Positions 43,108 through 54,000 of a stretch of 61,293 bases of DNA are shown here, in pieces. Positions within the stretch are counted from its first letter, which is position 1; each line of letters begins with the position of its first letter. Origin of the DNA: Candidatus Falkowbacteria bacterium CG10_big_fil_rev_8_21_14_0_10_39_11 (lineage in GTDB: Bacteria > Patescibacteriota > Patescibacteriia > UBA11705); the NCBI GenBank assembly GCA_002773615.1, contig PFAP01000031.1:1-61293 (forward strand). Reading direction: 5' to 3'. The translations under genes and the position numbers were made by a program. The notes beneath the pieces were generated by a model that saw only the letters and a program-made list of their open reading frames with translations, was not told the origin of the DNA and ran no database searches.

Positions 43108-43512
43108 ATGCCTAAAATAAAACAAAATTTATTTCGTGAAACTAATCAACGCCAATTAATACTTGATTATTTGCACCGCTCACTCGCCCACCCTACTGCT
43201 CAAGAAATTTTTCAGATCATCAAAAAAGATTTACCCCGGGTCAGTTTGTCGACGATTTATCGTAATTTAATTATTTTGGAAAAACAGGGCAAGGTCTCTT
43301 CCCTATCATATTCCAAAAATTTTACTCGCTTTGAGTTAAACCATGGAGATCATTATCATTTTGTCTGCCAAAAGTGCGACAAAGTGGAGCATATTGACTT
43401 GGATCCCCTCCTGGAGTTGAATTCTCAGCTGGCCAAACGCCACGACTTAAATGTTGAACGACATCAGTTAATTTTCTTTGGCCTGTGCAAAAATTGTCAA
43501 AAGAAAAAATAG
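43108..43512 (+). CDS. Fur-family metalloregulator
   Basis: Winged-helix region HPTAQEIFQII...VSLSTIYRNLIILEKQG. Metal sites HGDHYHFVCQKCDKVEHI and LCKNC. Start at the internal ATG at 43108. Confidence 0.75.
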   Translation: MPKIKQNLFRETNQRQLILDYLHRSLAHPTAQEIFQIIKKDLPRVSLSTIYRNLIILEKQGKVSSLSYSKNFTRFELNHGDHYHFVCQKCDKVEHIDLDPLLELNSQLAKRHDLNVERHQLIFFGLCKNCQKKK

Positions 43513-43530
43513 AGAAGTTAGTTCTCTATT

Positions 43531-44379
43531 TTATTTTTCATTGGCCAGTTTTACTTCGACAAAAACATATTCTGGTTTTAGGGCGTTGATGATAGTCGGA
43601 GTCAGTGCGTGTTTATTTTCTTGATAGTATGCGACCATCTTCTTGCGTAAACACTGGAGAGTTGGGTGGTGGTGCAGGTGACAGAAAAGGTATTCCAATA
43701 CCGCGACCACTTTGTTAACCAGTGCAACATCGGAGGTTGCAGCCTTATTGAAGTAGTTGCCGGCCACTAACCAGTCTTCTTGTTTCTTGGCTTTTCGAGC
43801 AATCAGCATATTGAGTGTGTACGTAGCTCTGGCTTCTTGCTTTGCAGTGAGTAGTCCCTCACTGCTACTTTTTTTGAGTAGGTCCCCATAGTCAGTGCAA
43901 TTTTTATTGTAATCAATAAAGTCAGCCACTGTCAGTTGTCGAGCGATTAATGCTTCTAGGCGGTATAGAATTTTGTCAGGCAGTTCGTTTCCGCGGCGGC
44001 TTATTTCGTAGGCCTCTTTAGCCAAGGATATTGCTTGTTGTCTGTGGTAGTCAAAAATTGCCAGGTGGCATTCCCCCATGGCTTGCAGCCATTCAATCTG
44101 GGATTGTTTATCACCAGGATGGATTAGTTCCAAGGCACCCATGGCTTCAACCGGTTCACCTTGACGTCTCATCCAGTCAGCTCTATGAATCATTACCCTT
44201 ACTTTTTCATCCTCAGCTGCTTGTGGATGATTCAAAATCAAGTCATAAATATGGTTTTTGATTTCAGGTTTACCGGCAAGTGCTGCTTGACTGGCCAATT
44301 CAAATAATTCAGTTGGGCTGATTGAATTTGGATCAATGTTTCCACTACAGATTTGTTCGTACTTAGGTCTTGTTTCCAT
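43531..44379 (-). CDS. Hypothetical helical-repeat protein
   Basis: Track ORF with a TPR-like helical pattern only. Confidence 0.5.
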   Translation of the reverse strand: METRPKYEQICSGNIDPNSISPTELFELASQAALAGKPEIKNHIYDLILNHPQAAEDEKVRVMIHRADWMRRQGEPVEAMGALELIHPGDKQSQIEWLQAMGECHLAIFDYHRQQAISLAKEAYEISRRGNELPDKILYRLEALIARQLTVADFIDYNKNCTDYGDLLKKSSSEGLLTAKQEARATYTLNMLIARKAKKQEDWLVAGNYFNKAATSDVALVNKVVAVLEYLFCHLHHHPTLQCLRKKMVAYYQENKHALTPTIINALKPEYVFVEVKLANEK

Positions 44380-44485
44380 TATTCCTCTCTGGTGGCTTTA
44401 TTAGTTCAATCATTATTATTAATTTAAGGCCTTTATCCCATCATATCAATCAAAGAGAAATGGAGAAGTTAGTTCTCTATTTTTA

Positions 44486-45436
44486 TTAGTGCCATGTAAT
44501 GTCGGTAATCCAGAACTTTTGTTTGACGCAATAGCCGACATCCAATAAAGTCAGTGCCCCATCCTTTTCTATTCTCTTCATTTTTTTTACTGCCCAGGCT
44601 TTATCGCAATATTCATCCTGGTAACAGTCTGAATCTAGGCGGCAGCGGCAATTGGCTAGATAGTATTCATCATCGCTCCTGGCTGTCAGGGAAACCGTAT
44701 CTTTGTCAAAGTGTCGTTTACATTCTCGAGGCAGTTTTTTGGGGTAGCCTTGTTTAAAATAGACAGTGTTGGAATGAGGATCTTTATCTAGGGTTTGCAT
44801 GATATATCTGGGGTCAACTTTTCCGGTTTTACCATCGAAGCCTTCGGGAATAACAAAATAATTACCATTGGGGCCATATTGAGTCTGATAATTCTGATTA
44901 ACACAGTAGCCTTGACCATGGAACGTTCCAGCTGATGTGTGTATTGCTCTTGATTTTTGGCAGTCTTGATTTTCATAGCAGCTGCTTTCCCTGTCACAAC
45001 CACAAAACTCCAGTTTATAAGTTTTTGAACTATGATGTATTGTCACAATACCTTCTTGAAGTTTTTTTATTTTGCATGGAGTTGTACGATCTGACGCGTC
45101 AGTATAAATTTTTAGAAGTTCCAGAATGCTCATGGCTTGCTGTCTGGTTTGCTGAGCTATTACCGTTTTCTTTTCCTGTCTGGCTTGAATTTTTGTATTG
45201 ACACTGGTTATATCCTTAACAAATCCCACGTACATTATTGCGGTAATGACCAGGGCAGCTACAGGGACGCCATATTTTACCCACGGAATCCAGCCAAAGA
45301 TCATTCCCAAGATTGCAGTTAAAATAATATAAACAACTATGAATGGAATTAAAGTCCCCAGCCAAAAAGCCCCAGCACAGCCACTAATAGTCATTATGCT
45401 AGTGATTGACAGGATCAGCGCAAGCTTCTTGTTCAT
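44486..45436 (-). CDS. Membrane protein with a duplicated Cys-rich extracytoplasmic module
   Basis: Lipobox-like ISGC, then 2-3 TM helices. Two copies of C.C...S.CY....C.K...GYCV.Q. Confidence 0.6.
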   Translation of the reverse strand: MNKKLALILSITSIMTISGCAGAFWLGTLIPFIVVYIILTAILGMIFGWIPWVKYGVPVAALVITAIMYVGFVKDITSVNTKIQARQEKKTVIAQQTRQQAMSILELLKIYTDASDRTTPCKIKKLQEGIVTIHHSSKTYKLEFCGCDRESSCYENQDCQKSRAIHTSAGTFHGQGYCVNQNYQTQYGPNGNYFVIPEGFDGKTGKVDPRYIMQTLDKDPHSNTVYFKQGYPKKLPRECKRHFDKDTVSLTARSDDEYYLANCRCRLDSDCYQDEYCDKAWAVKKMKRIEKDGALTLLDVGYCVKQKFWITDITWH

Positions 45437-45576
45437 TCTTCCTCCTTTTTGTTTTTCTCTATGGGTGTTGTTTTTGGTTGTAAATGAGCTTTATTAGGCA
45501 CATTACCAAAGATTGATAACTTTTACAAGTATAAAAAAGCTCGGTCTACCCGAGTTTTTTTGTTGTATTGTGTCTT

Positions 45577-46536
45577 TTAACCTCTAAATATTATGTATGT
45601 GATATAAGCGATGTATAGCAGTATGAAGCTTAGCCCTTCCCATCGTTTGAGGACGTGTTTTTCTCCAATAAAAATCGAGAAGAATAATATTATCGTCACT
45701 GCCAGAGCAATGAATACATCGATATTTAATGCGGTTGTAAATGGTAGCGGTTTGATGACAGCGCTCAATCCCAGAATCCACAGAACATTGAAAATATTTG
45801 ATCCGACAACATTACCAATAGCAATGTCAGCTTGGTCTTTGTAGGCTGCTACTGCCGCAGTAACCAGTTCCGGTATCGAAGTTCCAAGAGCTATGACAGT
45901 CAGACCAATTAGTGCTTCGCTTACACCGAGGAACGTGGCTATGATGATGGCATTGTCGACCACCAGCTTTCCTCCGACAGCCAAACCGACAATTCCGGCT
46001 ATGATGAAGATCGCTATTTTCAACTTGCCCATCTGTTTGATTTTGATATCTTTGCCATTCTGTGGCAATTTGGCAATCCCAAAAGTATAATACAAAAAGA
46101 TTATAAAGAAGCTCAATAGGATTAACCCATCAATTCTACTTAATACAGAAGAAGCCGCCCCATCAATGATTGCATCGTTAGCTAGAAAGGCCAAAACTAA
46201 AACGGCCAATAATGAAAGGGGTATTTCTTTCCAAGTGGTATTTCTTTTTACGGACATTTTTCTAATAATTACCGCTACACCCAGAATAAGTAGGATGTTT
46301 GCAATGTTGCTACCGACAATATTTCCCACGGCAATTTCTGAAGATCCTTGTAAGCTGGAAAAAATATTGACAATCAATTCCGGAGCCGATGTTCCGAATG
46401 CCACAACGGTCAGGCCAATGACGATGGTTGATATCCCCATTCGTTTGGCCAGAGCTGATGATCCGTTAATCAGGATTTCAGCACTTTTTATCAATACAGC
46501 AAATCCGGCCGCTAAAATTAAAAGGGCAATGAGCAT
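45577..46536 (-). CDS. CaCA-family Na+/Ca2+ antiporter (YrbG-like)
   Basis: Two alpha-repeats: GTSAPELIVNI / GNIVGSNIANILLILG and GTSIPELVTA / GNVVGSNIFNVLWILG. Confidence 0.85.
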   Translation of the reverse strand: MLIALLILAAGFAVLIKSAEILINGSSALAKRMGISTIVIGLTVVAFGTSAPELIVNIFSSLQGSSEIAVGNIVGSNIANILLILGVAVIIRKMSVKRNTTWKEIPLSLLAVLVLAFLANDAIIDGAASSVLSRIDGLILLSFFIIFLYYTFGIAKLPQNGKDIKIKQMGKLKIAIFIIAGIVGLAVGGKLVVDNAIIIATFLGVSEALIGLTVIALGTSIPELVTAAVAAYKDQADIAIGNVVGSNIFNVLWILGLSAVIKPLPFTTALNIDVFIALAVTIILFFSIFIGEKHVLKRWEGLSFILLYIAYITYIIFRG

Positions 46537-46538
46537 AT

Positions 46539-47129
46539 TTATTTTTCTATTATTGATTCAAGTTTATCAGCCAATGTGTCGATAAGTTTATCTCTTGTGG
46601 TTCTGTTTGGGTATCCGATGGCGCCATCACTTGGAAGTTTCATGAAGTCATCTTGATCTATAATCTTTATTTTATTGTCGTCTATAACAACCGCTCCGTT
46701 GTTACCATAATTAAAACCAACATACATTTTGAACCTTTGACGCAGTTCTTGAGGTATCAAAAGAATGTTTTGCTCGAGGAATGTTTTGAATTCCTCATAG
46801 TCTCTGCGCTCAGCATCTTCCGTATCTTCAAAAAACTCCAAACAAAGATGCAGACTGTTTACAAGACCTGTTTTCTTGTCAGCTGCGTATTCAGAGTGAG
46901 TCGTCTCAGTTCCCCAGCCCTGTCTTTTTGAAAAGATATTAGCTAATCTCCATATGATTTCGCGGTAAATATCAGCTTCAAAGTTCCATTCTTTCTCATA
47001 GTTATTCTTTGAGACACCAGCCTCATCAAGCATTGCCACAATCTGTTTCATGTCCAAGGTTTTTATTTCGGATTGCTCAGGCTTAGCTTTATCTATTGTT
47101 GGTTTATTGGGTTTCGGTTCATTTATCAT
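46539..47129 (-). CDS. Hypothetical protein
   Basis: Track ORF that ends 2 nt before the antiporter start, suggesting an operon. Confidence 0.55.
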   Translation of the reverse strand: MINEPKPNKPTIDKAKPEQSEIKTLDMKQIVAMLDEAGVSKNNYEKEWNFEADIYREIIWRLANIFSKRQGWGTETTHSEYAADKKTGLVNSLHLCLEFFEDTEDAERRDYEEFKTFLEQNILLIPQELRQRFKMYVGFNYGNNGAVVIDDNKIKIIDQDDFMKLPSDGAIGYPNRTTRDKLIDTLADKLESIIEK

Positions 47130-47286
47130 AATTTTGAGTTTATGAATTACTTATATCGTAAATTAAAAAAAATCATATTTTTATATAATCATTATACCGC
47201 ATTTTTTTCAAGAATTAAATATGGTATAATATATACAATTAAAACAGCGCAAGCGACTGAGGTGCTGTATCTTTAAGTTTTATAAA

Positions 47287-48456
47287 ATGAAAATTGCATT
47301 TATTGGACAAAAGGGGTTACCTGCAGTTACCGGTGGTGTTGAGACCCATGTTGAAAAGTTGGCTCTTGGTTTGGCTCGAGAGGGTCACAATGTTTTTGTC
47401 TATGCCAGACCTTGGTATGTGGCTAATCAGAGAAAAAAATATCAAGGTATTTTTATAATCTATAAACCTTCGATTAAAACCAAGAATTGGGATACTATTT
47501 CTCATGTCCTCTTAGCTTCTATTGATGCGGTCAGGCGAAATTTTGACATTATTCATTATCATGGAGTTGGTCCGGCTTTACTGGCCTGGATCCCCCGTCT
47601 TTTCTCCCCTAGCTCTCGGGTTATAATTACATTTCACAGTATAGATCGGCATCATGGCAAGTGGAATCTATTAGCTAAGATGTTTTTACTGCTCGGCGAA
47701 TGGTGTGCTGTCCATTTCGCTCATGAGACAATTGCTGTGTCCAAGTATCTACAGCGTTATTCTCAAAAAAAGTATGGCAAAAAAACCATCTATATTCCCA
47801 ATGGCGTTGACCCCAATAAGTCTGTCCCAGCCAATGAAATAAAGTTAAAATTTGGATTGGTGAAGGGTGGCTACATATTGTTTTTGTCTCGTCTAGTTCG
47901 GCACAAGGGCGCCCATTATCTGATTGAGGCTTATCAAAGATTATATCCAAAGAAACAATTAGTTATCGCGGGTGACTCAGCTTTTACCGATACGTATGTT
48001 GGTGAACTCAAGCTTCAAGCTGACAGTAATCCCAATATTGTTTTTACCGGTGGTGTAAAAAAAGACAGCCGGCTATGGGCTGAGTTGTATTCAAATGCTT
48101 ACCTCTTTGTTTTACCGTCTGAATCAGAAGGTTTGCCAATAGTCGTGCTTGAAGCAATGAGTTTTGGCTGTTGTTGTTTAGTCTCCAGCATCCCCCAGAG
48201 TACAGAGGCAATTGCCGGCGGCTTTGGTTTTGTCTTTAAAAATAAAAGTGTTTTTAGTCTGCAGCAAAAGCTGAAGTATCTGTTGGGGCATCCTGCTTTG
48301 GTTGAGCGCGTTGGTCGAGCAGCCCAAAGACATGTAATAAAAAATTATAGTTGGTCAGATATTGTTCGAGCCGTGAATTTTGTGTATGATTGTTCGCTTG
48401 ATTCCAAGCGGTCGCATTCTATTTCATCTTGCCTCAAATCAAATATTGCCAAGTAA
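47287..48456 (+). CDS. GT4-family (GT-B fold) glycosyltransferase
   Basis: N-terminal GGVETHV. C-terminal SESEGLPIVVLEAMSFGCCCLVS (E-x7-E region). Confidence 0.8.
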   Translation: MKIAFIGQKGLPAVTGGVETHVEKLALGLAREGHNVFVYARPWYVANQRKKYQGIFIIYKPSIKTKNWDTISHVLLASIDAVRRNFDIIHYHGVGPALLAWIPRLFSPSSRVIITFHSIDRHHGKWNLLAKMFLLLGEWCAVHFAHETIAVSKYLQRYSQKKYGKKTIYIPNGVDPNKSVPANEIKLKFGLVKGGYILFLSRLVRHKGAHYLIEAYQRLYPKKQLVIAGDSAFTDTYVGELKLQADSNPNIVFTGGVKKDSRLWAELYSNAYLFVLPSESEGLPIVVLEAMSFGCCCLVSSIPQSTEAIAGGFGFVFKNKSVFSLQQKLKYLLGHPALVERVGRAAQRHVIKNYSWSDIVRAVNFVYDCSLDSKRSHSISSCLKSNIAK

Positions 48457-48463
48457 AAATAAT

Positions 48464-48814
48464 TTAGTTTTGATCTTCAGTCTCATTTTTCTCTTGCTTA
48501 AGGACTTTGGGGTTTGGACTAAATTTTTTATTGCTTATTTTCCATCGATCCACAAACTGTCCAATTCCCTGTGAGTTTGTTTTGTTGCGGACAGTAGTTC
48601 GATTTTGAGACCACTCGACCAGGCTTTCAAAGTTGACTTTGTATCTAGCTTGGACCACAACATAGCGCAATTCCTGGCGTTTTATTGCTCTTCTTATCGT
48701 GTGTGGGTCAACTCCGAACAACCTTGCAGCCTCTGAAATGGATACACGTACTATTTTTTGTGGTAATTCCATAGATGATGAATATGAGCTGTTTGTATAC
48801 ACTAGTGTATACAT
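48464..48814 (-). CDS. Excisionase/MerR-type helix-turn-helix protein
   Basis: VSISEAARLFGVDPHTIRRAIKRQEL. The likely start is the internal Met at 48772. Confidence 0.55.
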   Translation of the reverse strand: MYTLVYTNSSYSSSMELPQKIVRVSISEAARLFGVDPHTIRRAIKRQELRYVVVQARYKVNFESLVEWSQNRTTVRNKTNSQGIGQFVDRWKISNKKFSPNPKVLKQEKNETEDQN

Positions 48815-49034
48815 TTACCCTTATATCGTATCAAATCAACGATTTATTGTCAAAAGTGGCTAGAATAGACTAATTTGACCGGTATTTACTTCGCGCAAGC
48901 TTTATGTCTTAATAGGCTATTTATCCTATTTTAGGTATTTACAAAAAAATAAAATTGTAGTATAATATTCCTATTAAACTTGAAAAATTAAACCGACTTA
49001 GTGTAATACTTCTTACACTCTTTCGTCTACATTA

Positions 49035-49589
49035 ATGAAGACCAATTCAATAAAAGAAAAATTTCTACTCTATAAGGTTCGTTACCAGCATGACGCCACA
49101 GCTTATGGTTTGTTATATGATTTATATGTAGCCAAAATTTTTCGTTTTATCTTATATAAAGTATCTTCAGTCGAAGATGCGGAGGATATAACTGCGGAAG
49201 TATTTTTGAAAAGCTGGCAGTATATTAAAACTACAGACAAAAAGATTAGTAATTTTAACGCCTTGCTATATCGAGTGGCTCGAAATGCAGTCATTGATTA
49301 CTATCGTCAAAAGAAACGTCAGGACTTACCACTGACCGATGAGGATCAGTATCACAATATTGTCGATTCTAGAGATGTTGAAAAGGATATTGATATCAAG
49401 CTTGAGGTTAAGAATATTGAACAGGCTTTAGATCAAATCAAAGATGAATATCGTGAAGTAGTTATTCTCCGTTATGTTGAGGGTTTATCAGTCAATGAAA
49501 TCGCCTCAATCATTAAAAAGTCAAAGAGTAATGTGCGCGTTCTGTTGCATCGTGCTATAAAAAGAATCCAAGAAATTTTGGGTGAATAA
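49035..49589 (+). CDS. ECF-type RNA polymerase sigma-70 family factor
   Basis: Region 2: DAEDITAEVFLKSWQ. Region 4: REVVILRYVEGLSVNEIASIIKKSKSNVRVLLHRAIKRI. Confidence 0.85.
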   Translation: MKTNSIKEKFLLYKVRYQHDATAYGLLYDLYVAKIFRFILYKVSSVEDAEDITAEVFLKSWQYIKTTDKKISNFNALLYRVARNAVIDYYRQKKRQDLPLTDEDQYHNIVDSRDVEKDIDIKLEVKNIEQALDQIKDEYREVVILRYVEGLSVNEIASIIKKSKSNVRVLLHRAIKRIQEILGE

Positions 49590-49603
49590 AAACATTATTT
49601 AAA

Positions 49604-50794
49604 ATGGATAAGATAATCAAGCAATTAAAAGACCTTAAGGGTGTAAAGCCTAGAGAAGATTGGACCAAAGCCAATAGAGATGTTTTGCTTGCGCAAATCA
49701 GTTCTCAAGGCTCGGCTCGAAAGTCTTCTTTTTTTGATGGCTGGAATTTGATTAGAATGATGGTTCCTATTAGTTTTATTAATTTTTTGGCCAAACCAAT
49801 CGGTATTGTTACAGTAGCGGTTTTGTTTGTGTTTGGCTCAGGTGCATTTACTGTTAATGCTTCAAAATCTAGTATCCCTGGAGACATCCTCTATCCGGTC
49901 AAGCTTACTTCTGAAAAAGTTCAAGTAGGTTTAACCGTTTCTGAGGATCGAAAAGCTGAATTGCATGTTGATTTTGCAGAAGAGCGAGTCAGTGAAATTG
50001 AACAAATCGCTGCGAATGAAACAGATCCTGTAAAAAGGCGAGAACAGATTTCCGTCGCTACGGACAATTTTAAAAAGAACATGGACAATATTCAAGAAAC
50101 ACTTGAAAAAGTAAAGACTGTAAAGGCTGAAAAGGACGTTGTTAATCGCTCTATTGAGGTGGTTAAACAGGTTGATTTGAAAGTAGAGGCAATTGCCAGT
50201 CGTTTAGATAATAATAACGATTTGAAAGGTGATCTTGCTGTCGTGAAGAATATAGATGCTGCTCAGGCTGAAATTGAAGAGACTCAAGCTAAAGCCGTTG
50301 AAGTTATTGTTGATAAGTATGACAAGGGTGAGGCTGAGTTATCAAGTGAAGAAATGCTTGAAACAGTTGAGGCTCAAATCAAAAAAGTCGGAGATAGGAT
50401 TACTGAAGTGGCAGAGCGAGAAAAATCAGTCGTAGACACTTCCGGTCAAGCTGAGGTCGATAAGGTTGCCCCAACTGATTCAGAAAAAACTGTAGAGACT
50501 ACTGATGTAACCGTTAAGACCGAGGTTGCCGGCTCAGAATCAGCTCAGAGATTACTTGATGAAGCCAGTTCCCTACTCAATCAAGGCGACTTGATCAATG
50601 CTCTTGAAAAATTGAGAGAGAGTTCGGCGATCGCTCGTGAATACAAAGATATTATAGATAGTAAAATTGAAGAACTTATTCCGGTTGATGAATCAAATCT
50701 TGAAGCTGCAAGAGTAAATACATCGGCTCCGGTTGTGCCAGCAGTTTTACCTGAGGATAATTCAGTTGATACGGATGATGCAATTGAGCTATAA
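49604..50794 (+). CDS. Membrane protein, DUF5667-like putative anti-sigma factor
   Basis: It lies immediately downstream of the sigma gene. One TM helix, PGDILYPVKLTSEKVQVGLT...HVDFAEERVSEI, and an acidic coiled-coil tail. Confidence 0.6.
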   Translation: MDKIIKQLKDLKGVKPREDWTKANRDVLLAQISSQGSARKSSFFDGWNLIRMMVPISFINFLAKPIGIVTVAVLFVFGSGAFTVNASKSSIPGDILYPVKLTSEKVQVGLTVSEDRKAELHVDFAEERVSEIEQIAANETDPVKRREQISVATDNFKKNMDNIQETLEKVKTVKAEKDVVNRSIEVVKQVDLKVEAIASRLDNNNDLKGDLAVVKNIDAAQAEIEETQAKAVEVIVDKYDKGEAELSSEEMLETVEAQIKKVGDRITEVAEREKSVVDTSGQAEVDKVAPTDSEKTVETTDVTVKTEVAGSESAQRLLDEASSLLNQGDLINALEKLRESSAIAREYKDIIDSKIEELIPVDESNLEAARVNTSAPVVPAVLPEDNSVDTDDAIEL

Positions 50795-50948
50795 TGCTCA
50801 ACAATGTCACTAATTAATTTATTTATAAAAAAATCCTGAAGAGTTTATATCTAAATATCGATTCAACAGGTTGTGCGCGTCTATAAGGTCGAGCTTGAGC
50901 AATCAAGTGACAGGCACATAAATATTATAAAAATGTGGGGGATTATTA

Positions 50949-50973
50949 TTAATTATTCCGATCGGATAATTAA
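50949..50973. promoter_or_regulatory. 25-bp inverted repeat TTAATTAT-t-CCGATCGG-ATAATTAA (candidate operator)
   Basis: Read directly. It ends 33 nt upstream of the ATG of the 1207-aa surface protein gene. Confidence 0.4.
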
Positions 50974-51006
50974 TGTATCTCTACACTGAAAGGAATGTAA
51001 TTCTCT

Positions 51007-54000
51007 ATGAATACACTTAAAAAGGTCTTTACCTTTTCTGTAGTGTTGACTACTATTCTTTGGTCAATGGGTGCTGCTGTGTTTGTACCAGTAGCTTCAG
51101 CTGTCACTTTGTCAGCTGGTGATTTGATCAAAGCCAGTGGGGCTGCAGTATATTATTATGCTGCTGACGGAAAACGTTATACTTTTCCAACCCAGTCAAC
51201 TTACATGACTTGGTATGGTGATTTTTCTGGTGTGAAAACCGTTACTGACGATGAACTTGCAGCTATCGAGCTTGCAGGTAATGTCGTTGCCCGCGCTGGT
51301 ACAAGACTTGTAAAAATTACAACTGTACCAAAAGTTTTCGCGGTTGAGCCAAATGGCATGCTCCGCCACATTGCTAGTGAGTCAGCTGCAGCAACTTTGT
51401 TTGGTGCAAACTGGGCATCACGTGTAATTGATGTTCCTGATGGATTTTGGGTTAACTACACAGATTCTGGTCTAGCTCTTGATGGTACTGAGTACCCAGC
51501 CGGTTCACTTGTGAAAATGGCTTCAGGTGCAGATGTTTATTATGTAAACACTGATGGAACTTGGTCAAAATTCGCAAACTCTGGTGCTTTTACTACCAAT
51601 GGTTTTGCTTGGTCTGATATTGTTACTGCTCCAAGCACTATGAGCTTCACAGCTGGTAGTGATATTGCTGCTTACACTGCTTCTCTTGTGGATACTTCAC
51701 AAGGTGGTGGTGCCGGTAGTGCTCCAACTTCAGGTGGAAACGTTATGTTCGGCTTGAGCTCATCAAATCCGGCTGGAACCCAAATTATTTTGGATTCTAC
51801 CTCAACTGATGGTTCAGAAGACATGACTTCAGTATTTAAGTTCTATGTTACTGCTTCAGGTGGTGACGCTGTGGTTGATTCAGTACGTCTACACAGAAAA
51901 GATATTACTTCAAATACTGACTTCGCAACTCTATATCTATATGATGACGCCGGAACTTTGATTTCTGACGCTCCGTCATATTCAAATAACTACTACACAT
52001 TCGGTACCAATTTTACTGTTTCAAGTGGTACTACCAAGACTCTTACATTGAAGTTAGACTTGACTAATGGTACGTCTGCAAACAAGACTCTATCATTCTC
52101 AGTTGATTCTGCTTCTGATGTAGTTCTTGTTGGTGGTGGTAGTGTTTCTGGAAGCTTCCCAGTTTCTAGTAACAAGTTCGAAACTGCACAAGTTAGCGAC
52201 CTAGGTAAGATGACCCTTGCTACTGCTTCAGATCCTGGAACTTCAATCGAAGCCGGATTGACTGATCAAGAGCTATGGAGATTCACTCTAGCCGCTGCTG
52301 ACCAAAAAATGCGTCTTGACAGCTTGAAATTAACTGCTGTTGGTACTCTAGAATCAGATACCTTTGAAAATCTATACCTATATGATGGTATTGATATTCT
52401 AGGTACTGCTACTAGTTTGGATTCAGCTAAGACCGTTACATTTGATGGTCTAAACTATGAGATCACAGCTGGTCAAACAAAAACTATTCAATTCCGTGGA
52501 GATATTGTGAAGGGTACAAACCGTACTTTCTATTTCCAAGTTCAAAATGGTTATGATGTAATGTCTTTTGACACCAACTATAGCCGTTATGTCCGTGTTA
52601 ATGCTTCTGATACTTATACTATCATCGCTGCATCTAACACAACTACTATTAGCACCGGTTCTCTACAAATCTCTAAGGCTATTGATTCTCCAAGTGGCTC
52701 TATCGCTGCTGGAACAACTAACCGTCTTCTAGGTAAGTGGAATTTCCGAGCTATTGGTGAAGATATCAAGGTAAGCAGTCTGATCGTGCGTACTACCGTT
52801 GGTGGTGCTCTAGATACAGATAACGTCGACAATGGTAAGATTCTTGTTAATGGTACACAACTTGGAACCACCAAGGATCTAGACTCTGATGCAACAGCTG
52901 ACGGTGATACCACCGATGATGACGCTGCTGCTGATGATGATACTACCTTTACTTTTGGCAACACCTTTATTATTCCTGCTGGAGCAATCTATGTAGTGGA
53001 GATCTATGGTGATGTCAAAACAGGTGCTAGTGTTGATATGGCTGCTGATGATACTATTCTTCTAACTTTGGAAGCCGGAACAAACAATTTCTTCCGCCAA
53101 AGTACAGGTACAACTGGAAGCAGCACCGCATCAGGTGCTAACGCTTTGACTGTTGCTGACGCTAGTATTACCCCAACATTGAACTCAACAGTTTCTGACA
53201 TGAGTGTCGTACAAGGTGCTCAAGATGTAATTGTTGGTTCATGGGTTCTTACTGCCGGCACAGCTGAAGATGTTGAAGTAAGTAGTATTGCTTTCGTTGA
53301 TGGTGGTGCTCAAGGTATTGGTGGCGGTTTCCAGAATCTATCACTTGTTATTGGTGGTGTAGAACGTGGAACCTCTGCAAACCCAAGCTCAACCAACGGT
53401 ACTTCTACCAGCATCAACTTGAGTCCTAGAATCACCATTTCTGCTGGAATGACTGAAACTATCACTCTATATGCTGATGTAAAGGATACTGCTAACGCTG
53501 GTTGGAACGATACAGATCCAATCGCCGTTGACTCTGTTTCTGGTCTAGGTATTGACACCAGTTCTACTGTGTCATACTCAACAGACGTACCTGGTCAAGC
53601 TATCACAGTTGTAACTGCTGGTACTTTGACTATTGCTGCTGCAGCTGCTCCTACCAACCCAACATCTAGTTATATTGTGGCTGGAAAGACAAATCAAACT
53701 GTAGCTGCTTGGGAATTCTCAGCTAATAATGTTGAGGATCTAATCGTTCACCGTTTACAGCTTACTGAAAACGGTACCGATGACAACCCAGGTAATGTTC
53801 AGAACTTAAAGTTGTATGTTGATGGTGTTCAAGTTGGTTCAACTCTTACAAGTTTGACTGACAGTACTGCTAACACCGGAGTGTTCTATAGTGCTACTGG
53901 ATTGTTCACCGTTCCAAAGAACGATTCTATGTATGTAGAGCTTCGTGCTGACGGTACTGCTACTGCCAATGCAACTTTCTTGGATGATGGTTCAGATCTA

